The notes under the pieces are model-generated. The model was not told the origin of the DNA and searched no databases. It saw nothing but the letters and a program-made list of their open reading frames with translations. A program made the position numbers and the translations under genes. Shown one piece after another: positions 38,198-48,118 of a stretch of DNA of 64,000 bases. Source of the DNA: Patescibacteria group bacterium UBA6017 (GTDB taxonomy: Bacteria > Patescibacteriota > Saccharimonadia > UBA4664); NCBI GenBank assembly GCA_002429485.1, contig DIZX01000015.1:21363-85362 (forward strand), read 5' to 3'. Within the stretch, counting starts at the first letter, position 1, and every line of letters starts with the position of its first letter.

Positions 38198-39562
38198 CTA
38201 CGTGCGCTCTCGCGGAGACTGTCTTATGATCTGCCGATCATCCACCATCAGATAGGATATTACTCCGGCCAAAACAGCCAAAACCGCACATAATATTGCT
38301 GCAAAACGGTAGGAATTCGCCGCCCCAAACAGCCCCAACAGCCCGATCACAAATAATCCCGCCACCCGCGACACGGCATTATTCACTCCCGAGGCAATTC
38401 CCGAATCATTAGTATCCACCGAACCCATCACCGTTGCCGTCAGCGGCGCTACCGTGAGCGCCAGCCCCAACGCGAACAACGCCAGGCCGGGAAATACGCT
38501 AATAAAGTACGGCGCCGACTTGCCCATCACCGCCAGCATAGCAATCCCCGCCCCGGCCAATAACGGACCGGCCGTCATCAGCCTCCTGGGCCCGTGAGCG
38601 CCTGCCCACGCTCCCGCGCGCGACGACACCAGAAACAGGATAATCGTGATCGGCAGCAGACTGGCTCCCGCTTGGAGCGTGGTGTAGCCGGCCGTCGTCT
38701 GCAGATAGATTGCCAACGAAAACAAGAAGCCGCCGAGCGCGCCGTACATGGAAAACGTTGTAATATTTGCTGCTAAAAAGTTTCGTGACTTAAATAAATC
38801 CAACTTTAGCATGGGGTCAGCGTGCCGCTTTTCATACCACCCAAAACCGAGGATTATGCCTATACCAAAGGTAATGGCCGTTAACTCGCCGACAGCCCAA
38901 TGCGACCCCGGGCCCTCAATCAACGCGTACGTGAGACTCCCCAAACCAACCATAGCCAGAGTCGCCCCCACCCAGTCCACCCTACGGCTGCGATCGCCGG
39001 TATGCTCCACCATACCGGCCCGCGCCATCACCAACGTCGCCAACACCAGGGGTACATTAATAAAAAATATTAATCGCCACGAGCCAACGTCCACTAAATA
39101 CCCGCCAAGCAGGGGCCCGGCCGCCGTTACAATTGCCGAAAAAGCCGTCCACCGACCGATCGCCGCCGCCCGCATGTGAGGCTCAAAGTTAGTATTAATA
39201 ATCGCCAGGCCGCTCGGCACGAGCAACGCGCCAAATATCCCCTGAACCACTCGCAAGATGATCAGAGTCTCCTGGTTCGGCGCCAGGCCGCACAATAACG
39301 ATGCCGCCCCAAACCCCGCCAGCCCCGTGAAGTACACCCGGCGCTGACCGAAGATATCGCCCAACGACCCTCCGAGCAGGATCAAGGCCGACAAGCTGAG
39401 CAGATAGCCGTCCACAATCCACTGCAGCGCCGAGAAGCTGGCATGCAAATCAAGCCCAATCCTCGGCAGGGCCAAGTTCACTACCACTCCGTCGAGGATC
39501 ACAATACCGCTCCCAAGGATGGTTGCCGCCAAGGTGAGTTGCTGCTTGCGTGTCATTAGCAA
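38198..39562 (-). CDS. MFS transporter (DHA2/EmrB-like, 14 TM)
   Basis: MFS motif GGSLGDIFGQRRV. 14 hydrophobic segments. Confidence 0.85.
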   Translation of the reverse strand: MLMTRKQQLTLAATILGSGIVILDGVVVNLALPRIGLDLHASFSALQWIVDGYLLSLSALILLGGSLGDIFGQRRVYFTGLAGFGAASLLCGLAPNQETLIILRVVQGIFGALLVPSGLAIINTNFEPHMRAAAIGRWTAFSAIVTAAGPLLGGYLVDVGSWRLIFFINVPLVLATLVMARAGMVEHTGDRSRRVDWVGATLAMVGLGSLTYALIEGPGSHWAVGELTAITFGIGIILGFGWYEKRHADPMLKLDLFKSRNFLAANITTFSMYGALGGFLFSLAIYLQTTAGYTTLQAGASLLPITIILFLVSSRAGAWAGAHGPRRLMTAGPLLAGAGIAMLAVMGKSAPYFISVFPGLALFALGLALTVAPLTATVMGSVDTNDSGIASGVNNAVSRVAGLFVIGLLGLFGAANSYRFAAILCAVLAVLAGVISYLMVDDRQIIRQSPRERT

Positions 39563-39595
39563 ATTTTAGCACGCCAATGAGGCTATAATGGAGCA

Positions 39596-40306
39596 ATGTC
39601 TCACTACGACCAATTTGCCCCCTTCTACGACACCGTCATGGGTGACCGTGGCGATGTTATCGATATAATTTCGGATGCCATCACCCACCACCATCCCGCC
39701 GCCAAATCCCTGCTCGAGCTTGGCTGCGGCACCGGCAGTATCATGGCAGGATTCGCCGACAACTTTGAACTTCACGGCATCGATCAATCCGCTAATATGT
39801 TGCAAATTGCACAACACAAGCTTCCATCCGCCACCCTTCACCAAGGCACTATTGCCGGCTCCGAATTGCACCAGCAGTATGACGTCATCATTTGCGTTTT
39901 CGACACCCTGAACCATCTCACCGATTATTCCGATTGGCAAAAACTCCTTGCTAGCACCAAAAAACATCTGTGTTCAAATGGTTTATTCATTTTCGATATG
40001 AACACTATCGGGCGCCTGCAGACCCTCTCGTCCATCCCGAGTTTCATTCAGGACTTCAAAACCGGCACCATGGAAATGATCATCGAACCAGTTGCTGCCA
40101 ATGAAGTTATCTGGCACGTCACCATCCAAGAGCCTGCCGCCGACGGCGCCATCCAGGTCTACCAGGAGCGCGTGCATGAGGCATCATTCCCCATAGACCA
40201 AGTCACCGCCGAGCTGGCAACCCGATTTGAAGTTCTCGAGCGTTTTGACTCCAACCACGAGCAGCCCACCGACAGCTCCGATCGCGTCTACTTCGTCTGC
40301 CGCTAA
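39596..40306 (+). CDS. Class I SAM-dependent methyltransferase
   Basis: Motif I LLELGCGTGS. Typical Rossmann MTase spacing. Confidence 0.8.
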   Translation: MSHYDQFAPFYDTVMGDRGDVIDIISDAITHHHPAAKSLLELGCGTGSIMAGFADNFELHGIDQSANMLQIAQHKLPSATLHQGTIAGSELHQQYDVIICVFDTLNHLTDYSDWQKLLASTKKHLCSNGLFIFDMNTIGRLQTLSSIPSFIQDFKTGTMEMIIEPVAANEVIWHVTIQEPAADGAIQVYQERVHEASFPIDQVTAELATRFEVLERFDSNHEQPTDSSDRVYFVCR

Positions 40307-40311
40307 GGTTA

Positions 40312-40590
40312 TTGGCAAAAAAGCCAATGTATAAATATTACCCAGACCCTAGGATAGTATCCAATAAGTCCGGGGAGATTGAGATGGAACGCGAAATAAC
40401 CAAGCAGGAATTAAATAAACCCAAGCAAAAAACCAAGCGAAAGTCCGCCAAACCGACGCTCGCATTTGGAGAGCGCATTGAATACAGCCGAGAAAACACT
40501 AGCGCCAACCAGGAGCTCACCGACGAGTACGGTGAGATGATCTACCGAGACCACGACGAGTTCGGGGAGTGGCTCGACCGCCACCAGTAA
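40312..40590 (+). CDS. Small charged hypothetical protein
   Basis: 92-aa Lys/Glu-rich ORF. No recognisable domain. Confidence 0.35.
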   Translation: MAKKPMYKYYPDPRIVSNKSGEIEMEREITKQELNKPKQKTKRKSAKPTLAFGERIEYSRENTSANQELTDEYGEMIYRDHDEFGEWLDRHQ

Positions 40591-40595
40591 GGTTA

Positions 40596-40754
40596 CTAGC
40601 CTCGGCGCATATACATATACCAGGCCAGAAATACCACCAGTACCACCAAGAAACCAATTCCGAAGAGCTTAATCGGCACATTCGCCAATATCGGCGCTCC
40701 GGTTGAGCTTGCCTGTGCGAGCCCCGAATCTGTCATAACTGCTAACCCCACCAT
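40596..40754 (-). CDS. Putative 52-aa single-TM small protein (not in ORF track, below length cutoff)
   Basis: ATG preceded by GGGAGA SD-like. Sequence MVGLAVMTDSGLAQASSTGAPILANVPIKLFGIGFLVVLVVFLAWYMYMRRG. Confidence 0.3.
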   Translation of the reverse strand: MVGLAVMTDSGLAQASSTGAPILANVPIKLFGIGFLVVLVVFLAWYMYMRRG

Positions 40755-40975
40755 GACCTTCTCCCATCAACCATTACCATTATCTTAACAGTAACCCCGC
40801 GTTCAGCGGGGATCTGAGTGGTCGTACACCTACGCCCTTTACATAGCCATGATATGCATCTTAAGATAAGAAGTTTGATATTTATAATGATTTGTGCTAT
40901 TATAGTATTAATTCAGCACCCCTGAATTTCCCCGCTCTTTCACTCTCCCGCACCAACGACCCTCTGGAGGTCAGT

Positions 40976-41410
40976 ATGCCCGAAATCCTGCCCCGTGTTT
41001 TCTCTGTTCTGGTACTCGACAACCCTGCCGCGTACGAGTTCGACAAATGCGCGAGCATTCTCAGCGATCACCTCGGCTACCCCGTCCAACTCCAAGTGAC
41101 GGCACCGAAGTTCGAAGACAGATTCAACTCTGCCAGAGGCTTCTACGTATCCGAATGGATCCGCGAGCATGCCAGCGACGCACAGGCATACGGCGCGATC
41201 TTCGTGGGCAACAACCTGCGCATCGGTGAAGACATCGTCGACGCGCTCCCCGTGGCTGTCCTTCCCAGGACCATGATCACCTGGAGCTCTCTCTACCCAG
41301 GCGCCGAGCGGGTGTATGCAGACCGCAAATGCAGCCACTTCGCCGAACGCGTCAATCTCGACGCGATTGTGGGCTTCCTGGAGAACATCATCACCCAGAC
41401 GGCTGCCTAG
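40976..41410 (+). CDS. Hypothetical protein (accessory cluster gene A)
   Basis: GGAGG SD 6 nt upstream of the ATG at 40976. No recognised domain. Confidence 0.4.
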   Translation: MPEILPRVFSVLVLDNPAAYEFDKCASILSDHLGYPVQLQVTAPKFEDRFNSARGFYVSEWIREHASDAQAYGAIFVGNNLRIGEDIVDALPVAVLPRTMITWSSLYPGAERVYADRKCSHFAERVNLDAIVGFLENIITQTAA

Positions 41411-41562
41411 CCGTCTACTCCGGCCCTGAAGCATCGTACGTACGTTCGACCCTTCGGGGCCGTTCGCACGTCTGGACGCAATTTGTGGTACAGTTGCGTA
41501 ACTTTTCGCAGCAATAAGCGCTGCCAATCGAGCACCCACCGACCGAAAGGCTGGTTCCAACG

Positions 41563-42114
41563 ATGAAGATCGAGATATGGCGTCACGGAGAACCGATTCC
41601 GTCCAAGTCCAAGCTCCACGGCTTCACCGATACGGACCAAGGCTCAGCGTTGATCCGCGCCGGCGGGAAGACTATGGGCATCCTCAGACTCTCTGACGAC
41701 CTTGCCCTCAAACTTCTTGGTGCCATGTGGCAGTCTTGTCCCGAAGCCGGACAGCTCCCTTTGCGTCACAGACGGCGCGAAGGCTACTTCGCCAGCGAGC
41801 TAGGCGGCAGCGTCAGACTGAAATGTCACACGTGCGGCTACAGTGAACTTGTTCACCCCAGCCATCACCTGGTCCACCCCGACAAACCGCATCTGACGCA
41901 ATCGCCTCACCGAGTTGCCATCAACCGCGCCGACTGGAGTGAGGCGGAGAGCGCACTTACGTTGCCGCAGACCGAGGGTCACCTCTGCATCTGCGTGCGG
42001 CCTCAAGACTCCCCCGTCAACACGTCAGCCGTGGCCGCCAAAGCCGCCCATCCGAACGCCCGAGTCGTTTCCAGGAGCGGACACGTGATCATTCTGAGCA
42101 ATGTCTACACCTAG
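41563..42114 (+). CDS. Hypothetical protein with CxxC-containing segment (accessory cluster gene B)
   Basis: 183-aa ORF, contains LKCHTCGY. No recognised family. Confidence 0.4.
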   Translation: MKIEIWRHGEPIPSKSKLHGFTDTDQGSALIRAGGKTMGILRLSDDLALKLLGAMWQSCPEAGQLPLRHRRREGYFASELGGSVRLKCHTCGYSELVHPSHHLVHPDKPHLTQSPHRVAINRADWSEAESALTLPQTEGHLCICVRPQDSPVNTSAVAAKAAHPNARVVSRSGHVIILSNVYT

Positions 42115-42305
42115 AGGCTCAGACCAATGCCCAACCCGCCTCCGCCCGGAGGCGACCAAATGGCCGAGAAGATACCCTCTTCCCGGCCATTATACTTTTT
42201 ATAGCGTAAATCACCATACTTCGTTGCAATAATTACATCAGATTAACGACAAAGCGCCCCCACAAGCGGGGACGCAGTGCCTGCCCGTGAGGGGCGAATG
42301 GGTCG

Positions 42306-42668
42306 TCAGACCCGGGGGAGAAGGAAGCCTTCGATTTCCACCGACGTGGTGTAGATGTCTTCGGGTGCGAGTCCGCCCTTGGCGAACTCCTCCCAAAGAT
42401 AGCGAACGTAGACCTCGGGAACATCCACGCCGTCACGGAGTGCATCGAGCAGCTGGTTGGCCTTGAGTTTGCACGCCTTCACGACGAGGTCATGGAGCTC
42501 CTCTTTCGAGGTACGGGCTGCTTTGAGCGTGAGCCCGCAGTCGTCCAACTCCTTCAGGAACAACCGGCGATAAAGGTCGTACTGCGACGTGCCGCGCCGA
42601 AGGATGGCTAGCCACTGATTGGCATTGTGCAAGCTGGGAACACCGGCGGTCATCATGCCTTCTTTCAT
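42306..42668 (-). CDS. Hypothetical 120-aa protein (accessory cluster gene C)
   Basis: Convergent with gene B. Helical, charged. No recognised family. Confidence 0.35.
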   Translation of the reverse strand: MKEGMMTAGVPSLHNANQWLAILRRGTSQYDLYRRLFLKELDDCGLTLKAARTSKEELHDLVVKACKLKANQLLDALRDGVDVPEVYVRYLWEEFAKGGLAPEDIYTTSVEIEGFLLPRV

Positions 42669-42716
42669 AGATGTGTATCGAGATATCTCGGGGTACTGCT
42701 CTGGAGCATAAAAGAT

Positions 42717-44066
42717 ATGATATATAGTTTATCTCATTATGTCAATGAAAATCCGTACCTCAAGCCAGACACACGCCTGACAACCTTCGCTCTTCCGGCC
42801 AAAAAACCGCTATACTACTACCCAATGCCTCAACAACATACCCTCAACTCCCGCCTCACCCGCCGTCTGCTGCCGCTCTACGCGGGCGCTTTTCTGCAAA
42901 GCTGCGTCTTTTGGTATAGCACCGAAAAGCTGTTCATGGGCACGATTGGCTTCACCCCTACCACCATCGGGATCATGGCCTCGGCCTTCTCGCTCGCCAT
43001 GCTCCTGATCGAAACCCCCTCCGGCATCATCGCCGACCGATGGAGCCGCAAAGGCATGCTCGTTATTGCCAGCATCATCCTGGCCCTCTCATCTCTCATC
43101 GAGGGTCTTAGCCAAAACGTCCCCGTCTATATCTTCGGCGCCATGATCTGGGGCATCTTCGCCGCCCTCTATGCCGGCACCTACGACCCCATCGTCTACG
43201 ACACGCTCATCGAGGAGGCCGGCCACACCAATGGTTTTAAGCGCTACTTTGGTTTCATCAAAGTACTCGACGGCCTCGGCCTCGCGGTAGGCTCCATCGC
43301 CGGTGCCGCCATCGCTGCCAGCCTAGGACTGCGCTCAACCTTCTTCATTACTGTCCCCATCGCCCTACTCTCCGCCGTCTTCCTGATTTCGTTCAAAGAG
43401 CCCACCCTGCACAAAGCCCTAGCCGCAGGCCCAATCGTCGCCCACCTCCGCACCATGATTCGGGCCGCTCTGCACCGCAGCTCGCTACTGGGAATCCTGC
43501 TCATCCTCGTGATCGGTGCCGTCCTCGTCGAAACTATCTTCGAATTTACCCAGCTTTGGCTTATCGCCACCGCCACGCCCGTCGTCTTGTTCGGCGTTTC
43601 CACTGCCATCGTATTGGGCACCATCAGTCTCTCGGGCCTACTGGCCCCTCATCTCCGCCTCAACGATCGCAAATTCGTTGCTTTTTTCACAACAATTCTC
43701 TTAATTTCTGGCCTCATATTAGTTTCCACTCATATCAACTGGCTGCTCGTCATCGCCCAATCCATCATCGTCATCGGTATGCTCAGCACCGGCATCGTCT
43801 ATCTGGAACGCCTCCACGACCGTCTGCCATCTAGCGTCCGTTCTGGCGCCGCTTCGGCCATCAGCTCCCTCGGCCGCCTGATATTCATCGGCGTGGCCGT
43901 CCTCTTCGGATCAGTCGCAGAACACCACTCCATCTTCACGGCCGGTTGGCTCATCACCGTACCGCTAATCGTTATTTGCGCCTTCCTCTATCTGGAAGCG
44001 CGCTCAACCTACCGCGACGACCCCGCCGACTATTCTGCCGAAGGCAGCCCAATAGTTCCCCACTAA
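42717..44066 (+). CDS. MFS transporter (12 TM)
   Basis: MFS motif GIIADRWSRKGM after TM2. 12 hydrophobic segments. Start taken at the ATG at 42717 (MIYSL). Confidence 0.75.
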   Translation: MIYSLSHYVNENPYLKPDTRLTTFALPAKKPLYYYPMPQQHTLNSRLTRRLLPLYAGAFLQSCVFWYSTEKLFMGTIGFTPTTIGIMASAFSLAMLLIETPSGIIADRWSRKGMLVIASIILALSSLIEGLSQNVPVYIFGAMIWGIFAALYAGTYDPIVYDTLIEEAGHTNGFKRYFGFIKVLDGLGLAVGSIAGAAIAASLGLRSTFFITVPIALLSAVFLISFKEPTLHKALAAGPIVAHLRTMIRAALHRSSLLGILLILVIGAVLVETIFEFTQLWLIATATPVVLFGVSTAIVLGTISLSGLLAPHLRLNDRKFVAFFTTILLISGLILVSTHINWLLVIAQSIIVIGMLSTGIVYLERLHDRLPSSVRSGAASAISSLGRLIFIGVAVLFGSVAEHHSIFTAGWLITVPLIVICAFLYLEARSTYRDDPADYSAEGSPIVPH

Positions 44067-44157
44067 TTCCCAAATAATATAAAAAAGAAGCCCCGCACGC
44101 GGAGCTCCTATGTAGGTAATGCTTCGCCATTGCGGGGTAGATAGCCGACCCTGAGGG

Positions 44158-44589
44158 TCAGCCGGTTGGATCTCTTTCGAACTTCGCGCCGTTACGGGGC
44201 CTCACTTGAGTGCACCCAATCCGGACGATCACCAGTGCCTCCGGGGGCATGAGCACCATAGCCGAAGGTATTTCGGCGGCCCGCGTCGCACTGCGCAAGA
44301 TCCGTTGATGGTCGCAAATAACGCTCAACCTCACGTCATCGGCCGCCGAGGTTCGCAGCTGAGCAAATATTGCCTCAGCCAAGAAAGCCTCGAACAGCTG
44401 AATCCGTCCCTCAGACAGATCAAGAGAGTCGAGTTTGATGTTCTCCGCCGGAGCGACTACTGTACCTTGCGCAGGTACGTCATAGTCCACTTCGGCCAAA
44501 CCAACCGTCGCTCGAAGCTGCCTGCCAACCCAGTGTGCGGCAGCAAATGCCGCCAGCCAGGCTTCGGTATGTTTCACACTCGAGGTCAT
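44158..44589 (-). CDS. Hypothetical 144-aa protein (second gene of the pair)
   Basis: Strong SD GAGGAGG 7 nt upstream of the ATG (MTSSVKH). The longer 287-aa ORF in the track has an Arg-rich, low-complexity N-extension and is probably artefactual. Confidence 0.4.
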   Translation of the reverse strand: MTSSVKHTEAWLAAFAAAHWVGRQLRATVGLAEVDYDVPAQGTVVAPAENIKLDSLDLSEGRIQLFEAFLAEAIFAQLRTSAADDVRLSVICDHQRILRSATRAAEIPSAMVLMPPEALVIVRIGCTQVRPRNGAKFERDPTG

Positions 44590-44630
44590 GCTGTGCCTCC
44601 TCATTCGAGTTGGGTTGAATCCAAATGGAT

Positions 44631-44978
44631 TCAGGAGGTGACGTAGTGCCCCGAACGCGAGGCTGAGTTGTAGGTTGCCAAGGCGACCATGGGCTTTTGC
44701 TCGTTGGGGCTGTCGGTCGAGGCACACCCCGTGGAGGTCCTCTTCAGGGTACCCGCGATCATCCAGAACGGAGCGACCGTCTTGAACCTGACGGCATGGA
44801 AGAGGGTCAGGCGACCCTCGCTGTACTGCGTCGGTATAGCCTCGCCGGCTTCTCCGTGCTCGTCCAGGAGCCGAACCTTGATCGTAGGCTTCATGCCCAG
44901 ACGGACCATGAGTGCCAGCAACAAGATGAAGAACCCGGACGGACCCTCGAGCCTCGAGGTAACACTTTCTTCGGACAT
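44631..44978 (-). CDS. Hypothetical 115-aa protein (first gene of a two-gene minus-strand pair)
   Basis: Compact ORF whose stop is followed by the SD of the next gene. Confidence 0.35.
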   Translation of the reverse strand: MSEESVTSRLEGPSGFFILLLALMVRLGMKPTIKVRLLDEHGEAGEAIPTQYSEGRLTLFHAVRFKTVAPFWMIAGTLKRTSTGCASTDSPNEQKPMVALATYNSASRSGHYVTS

Positions 44979-45172
44979 TCGCCTTGCCTTTCGTCGAGTG
45001 GGTCAAGCGTTTCGCAACCATACCACCATATAAGACAAAAGTAAATCATCCAAATCTCGAACCAACCCCCGCATCAATAATGTCGTCAACCCGATTTTTG
45101 AGTACGATTCCAGACCGAATTCTCGCATCCGGCCTTCAAAAAGTTATTCGCGGCCATTTTTCTATATAATCC

Positions 45173-45442
45173 CTATTGGTCAGGATCGAGAATAGACGGT
45201 TGACCGGTCACCTTTCGATATGCAGCAAAATATTTGAGCCAGCGAACTTCGCCGGCGCTCACTTCCAACAAGTCATGATCAATACCCGAGACCCGGTCCT
45301 CGGCATATATTCCCTCTTCAACATTAAGCTTCTCAAGCTGCTCTTGAGACAGCTTTTCAATTTCGTCTTCAAACAATTGAAGCTCCGGGCCTTTGTTGTC
45401 CTCAACGATTTCGGTTGGGTCTATCATCTCGTACCCTTTCAA
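45173..45442 (-). CDS. Small highly acidic protein, candidate immunity/antitoxin-like partner
   Basis: 89 aa, about 30 percent Asp/Glu. Lies 100 nt downstream of the 343-aa coiled-coil protein on the same strand. Confidence 0.35.
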   Translation of the reverse strand: MKGYEMIDPTEIVEDNKGPELQLFEDEIEKLSQEQLEKLNVEEGIYAEDRVSGIDHDLLEVSAGEVRWLKYFAAYRKVTGQPSILDPDQ

Positions 45443-45541
45443 GCAGTTCTATCGATAAATATAATTATAATGCAGTGATGGATGGTCTGCGGCTTGTGAG
45501 CCGCAGACCATCTCGTCTGACACTCCTGATGAAAAACCCAA

Positions 45542-46573
45542 TTACTCCTGGGTCTGCCTCACCGGGACGTCAACGCTGTCTTGGCCGTAGCCAGGACTCT
45601 GGGGCTGATGATGCATACTCTTGTCTCGTACCTGCTTTCCGTCAACGCGCTTGTTCGCGTCAACATGAGGGAACGGCTGGTCGCCAGTGTGCACTCCTGA
45701 GAAACGAATGCGCGTCGTGCCGTGGTCCACGTGATCAGTGAAGTTCTCCGCTCCATGCGGATCGAATGGATCACGGCGGTAGGTCACATTACCACTAGAG
45801 TTCATGGTGTAGTGACCGTGACCTGGTCCGTTAGGCTCGCCGATACCCCCGAAGTAGATGTTGACCGTGCCGTCAGGCCCGGTAGACATCCGCAAATCAT
45901 CAAGATACTCGGTAGGCACTCCGGCGCGTTGCGCAATTGCTCGCCTGTCATTCTTGCTCTGCTCGTTCTCAGCCCGAACAATCGTGAGTCGGTCCGCAAA
46001 GGAAGTTTTGGCACGATCGAAATCGTCCTTGGCCTGCCTGAACACCTCACTTGCACTTTCGTGCTGAGACTTGGCACCGTCGTACTCACCTTTTGCCCGA
46101 TCGAAGTCCGCTTTAGCCTGCTGGAATGCAGGCTTCGTGGCATCGTAGTAGTCGCGAGCCTCGCGAAGCTCGTTGACAAGCCGCCGCCGCTGAACGACCG
46201 CTGCTTGGGCCTCAGCCTTGTAGCTGTGGCCTTCATCAGCAAGCCTTCTTGCCGACTCTCTGTCGCCGGAGTTATAGGCCGCAGATGCGCTATCGAACGC
46301 GCTCTTCATGCTCTCGTAAGCAGCTTGCTGCTGCGAGTTCAACGTTTCGATTCGAGGGCGGTTCTGGTCCCGCAGCCTCTGCAGAGCCCGGCACGCATCA
46401 ACCTGCGTTTCGTAGTCCCGCAGCTTTGAGGCGTACGCACGGTCCATTACTTCCCATGTGGCTTGACGTCGGTTCCAGGCATTATTCTGTGCCTGCCACG
46501 CGTCCTGCTTACGCTGAAACACCCGGTCTTGTTCTGACTTCAAGCGGTCGAGCTCGACATCTTGCAGCGCCAT
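45542..46573 (-). CDS. Coiled-coil repeat protein with distinct Gly/His-rich C-terminal domain, candidate toxin/effector
   Basis: N-terminal 220 aa of repeated AKxDFDRAK-type helical repeats. C-terminal about 110 aa (GPDGTVNIYFGGIGEPNGPGHGHYTMNSSGN ... FDPHG ... HVDHG) is unrelated and His-rich. No signal peptide. Confidence 0.35.
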   Translation of the reverse strand: MALQDVELDRLKSEQDRVFQRKQDAWQAQNNAWNRRQATWEVMDRAYASKLRDYETQVDACRALQRLRDQNRPRIETLNSQQQAAYESMKSAFDSASAAYNSGDRESARRLADEGHSYKAEAQAAVVQRRRLVNELREARDYYDATKPAFQQAKADFDRAKGEYDGAKSQHESASEVFRQAKDDFDRAKTSFADRLTIVRAENEQSKNDRRAIAQRAGVPTEYLDDLRMSTGPDGTVNIYFGGIGEPNGPGHGHYTMNSSGNVTYRRDPFDPHGAENFTDHVDHGTTRIRFSGVHTGDQPFPHVDANKRVDGKQVRDKSMHHQPQSPGYGQDSVDVPVRQTQE

Positions 46574-46706
46574 TCGGAGTCACCCACTCGTGTGAAGGAT
46601 CGGATTCCACGTTAAGTTACGTGAATCGAGACTATACCATTAATAGAGCCTTAATTACGATAGTAAAGATGTAAAATCACCATTGCGCTCATGCTACAAT
46701 TCACGC

Positions 46707-47483
46707 ATGAACGACACTACCCCCTCACCAACCCCAACCAACAAGCCCGCCCTGCAGCTCAGCCTCAGCTGGCGCACGCTCACGATCCTCTTGCTCGCCG
46801 TTATCGCCGCCATGACCTTCGCCTGGAAGCCCTGGACCAAGCCCACTGCCGCCCGCACCATCACTGTTCAGGGCGAAGCTACCATCACCGCCGTTCCAGA
46901 TAAATACGATTTCCAGCCCACCTTTGCAGGTGCCGACCTCAAAGCCGTCACCGCCACCGGCAACGAAGCCGTCGCTCGGCTCAAAAAATTAGGCGTCAAA
47001 GACACCGATATCAAAACCGCAATATCCTCAGCCGGTACCATGAATCCCGATCCGGCGTATGAGTCCCCCCTCATGTACCCGCGCCCCACATCAAACACCT
47101 CCACCTATACCATCACCTTGACCGTCCGGGACAAAACCCTCGCCCAAAAAGTCAGCGATTATCTCGCTACCACGCCGGCCACCGGCCAAGTCACACCGTC
47201 CGCCTCGTTCAACAAAGACACCGCGGCCAAGCTCGACCTCGATGCCCGCAGCAAAGCCAGTGATAATGCAAAATCCAAGGCCACTGTCACAGCCAAACAG
47301 CTTGGTGCCCACCTTGGCAAAGTCATCACGATCAGCGACGTCAGCAATGGCGGCATCTACCCCATGACCGGCACCGAAGGCACCATGCCGCCCCAACCAG
47401 CCAAAGCCGCAGCCGGCCCGACCGTCCAGCCCGGCACCAACGAAGTAAACTACTCCTTCACGGTCGAATTCGAACTAAAGTAA
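46707..47483 (+). CDS. SIMPL-domain (DUF541/BP26-like) periplasmic/anchored protein
   Basis: N-terminal TM. ITVQGEATITAVPD start and overall pattern typical of SIMPL/DUF541. Confidence 0.7.
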   Translation: MNDTTPSPTPTNKPALQLSLSWRTLTILLLAVIAAMTFAWKPWTKPTAARTITVQGEATITAVPDKYDFQPTFAGADLKAVTATGNEAVARLKKLGVKDTDIKTAISSAGTMNPDPAYESPLMYPRPTSNTSTYTITLTVRDKTLAQKVSDYLATTPATGQVTPSASFNKDTAAKLDLDARSKASDNAKSKATVTAKQLGAHLGKVITISDVSNGGIYPMTGTEGTMPPQPAKAAAGPTVQPGTNEVNYSFTVEFELK

Positions 47484-47550
47484 CTCTCCAGAATTCGGAT
47501 TTCGTAGTAATTATATCTACGAAATAGCTCAAACACCTTTATCCCACGTA

Positions 47551-47985
47551 TCAGCCAGGATTGCTGGCGTGATTCTCGTGGCGCGGCAGCTTCATCTGCT
47601 GCTTACCGGCGAGCTTGATCCCCGCCTTGCCTACCCATAGCGCCATCCCCAACACACCCATCGCTGCCAACATCACCTTGCTCTTATCCACGATCGGCAC
47701 AAACTCCGACCCGTCCGGCGCAACGTTAATGTAGCCCACGGGGGTTGCCGTTATGTTCAAACCCAGCCCCATGCCGGTACCCTGCCCGAGCTTACCCGAC
47801 TCATCGCCCTTCACCGGCGCCTAACCGGTACCACCGCCCCCGCCGCCACGCACAGACACGCGGGCTACGGGCACAATTAGGTTCTCGCCGTTATGTACGG
47901 GCTCGCCAAACACCGCCTGCGCACTGGCTGTCTTTGAAATCCGATCCGAGAGCTCCGCCATTAAACCTTTTGCATCCATATTCAT
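47551..47985 (-). pseudogene. YtfJ/GerW-family protein interrupted by a frameshift in a poly-G/C tract
   Basis: N-terminal ORF (MNMDAKGLMAEL...IVPVARVSVRGGGGGGTG) and C-terminal ORF (...ATPVGYINVAPDGSEFVPIV...) together match one YtfJ/GerW-like protein. Frames switch inside the run ccgcccccgccgcc near 47815-47835. Confidence 0.5.
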
Positions 47986-48118
47986 TCCCCTTTTACATAC
48001 AAAAAATATCCCATACGCCGTCGATGATCGATATATCACAATCACCAAATTAGCGGTCGCACCTATGAATATTCTTATGAGACCAACGAATCCGCCGCCG
48101 CCATGACGCTACGAAACG

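Noticed and set aside
44158-45021. 287-aa minus-strand ORF from the track
   Set aside because: Its first about 140 residues are Arg-rich and low-complexity, and they overlap a separate upstream ORF (44631..44978) in another frame. A strong SD precedes the internal Met at 44589. It is treated as two genes plus an artefactual extension.
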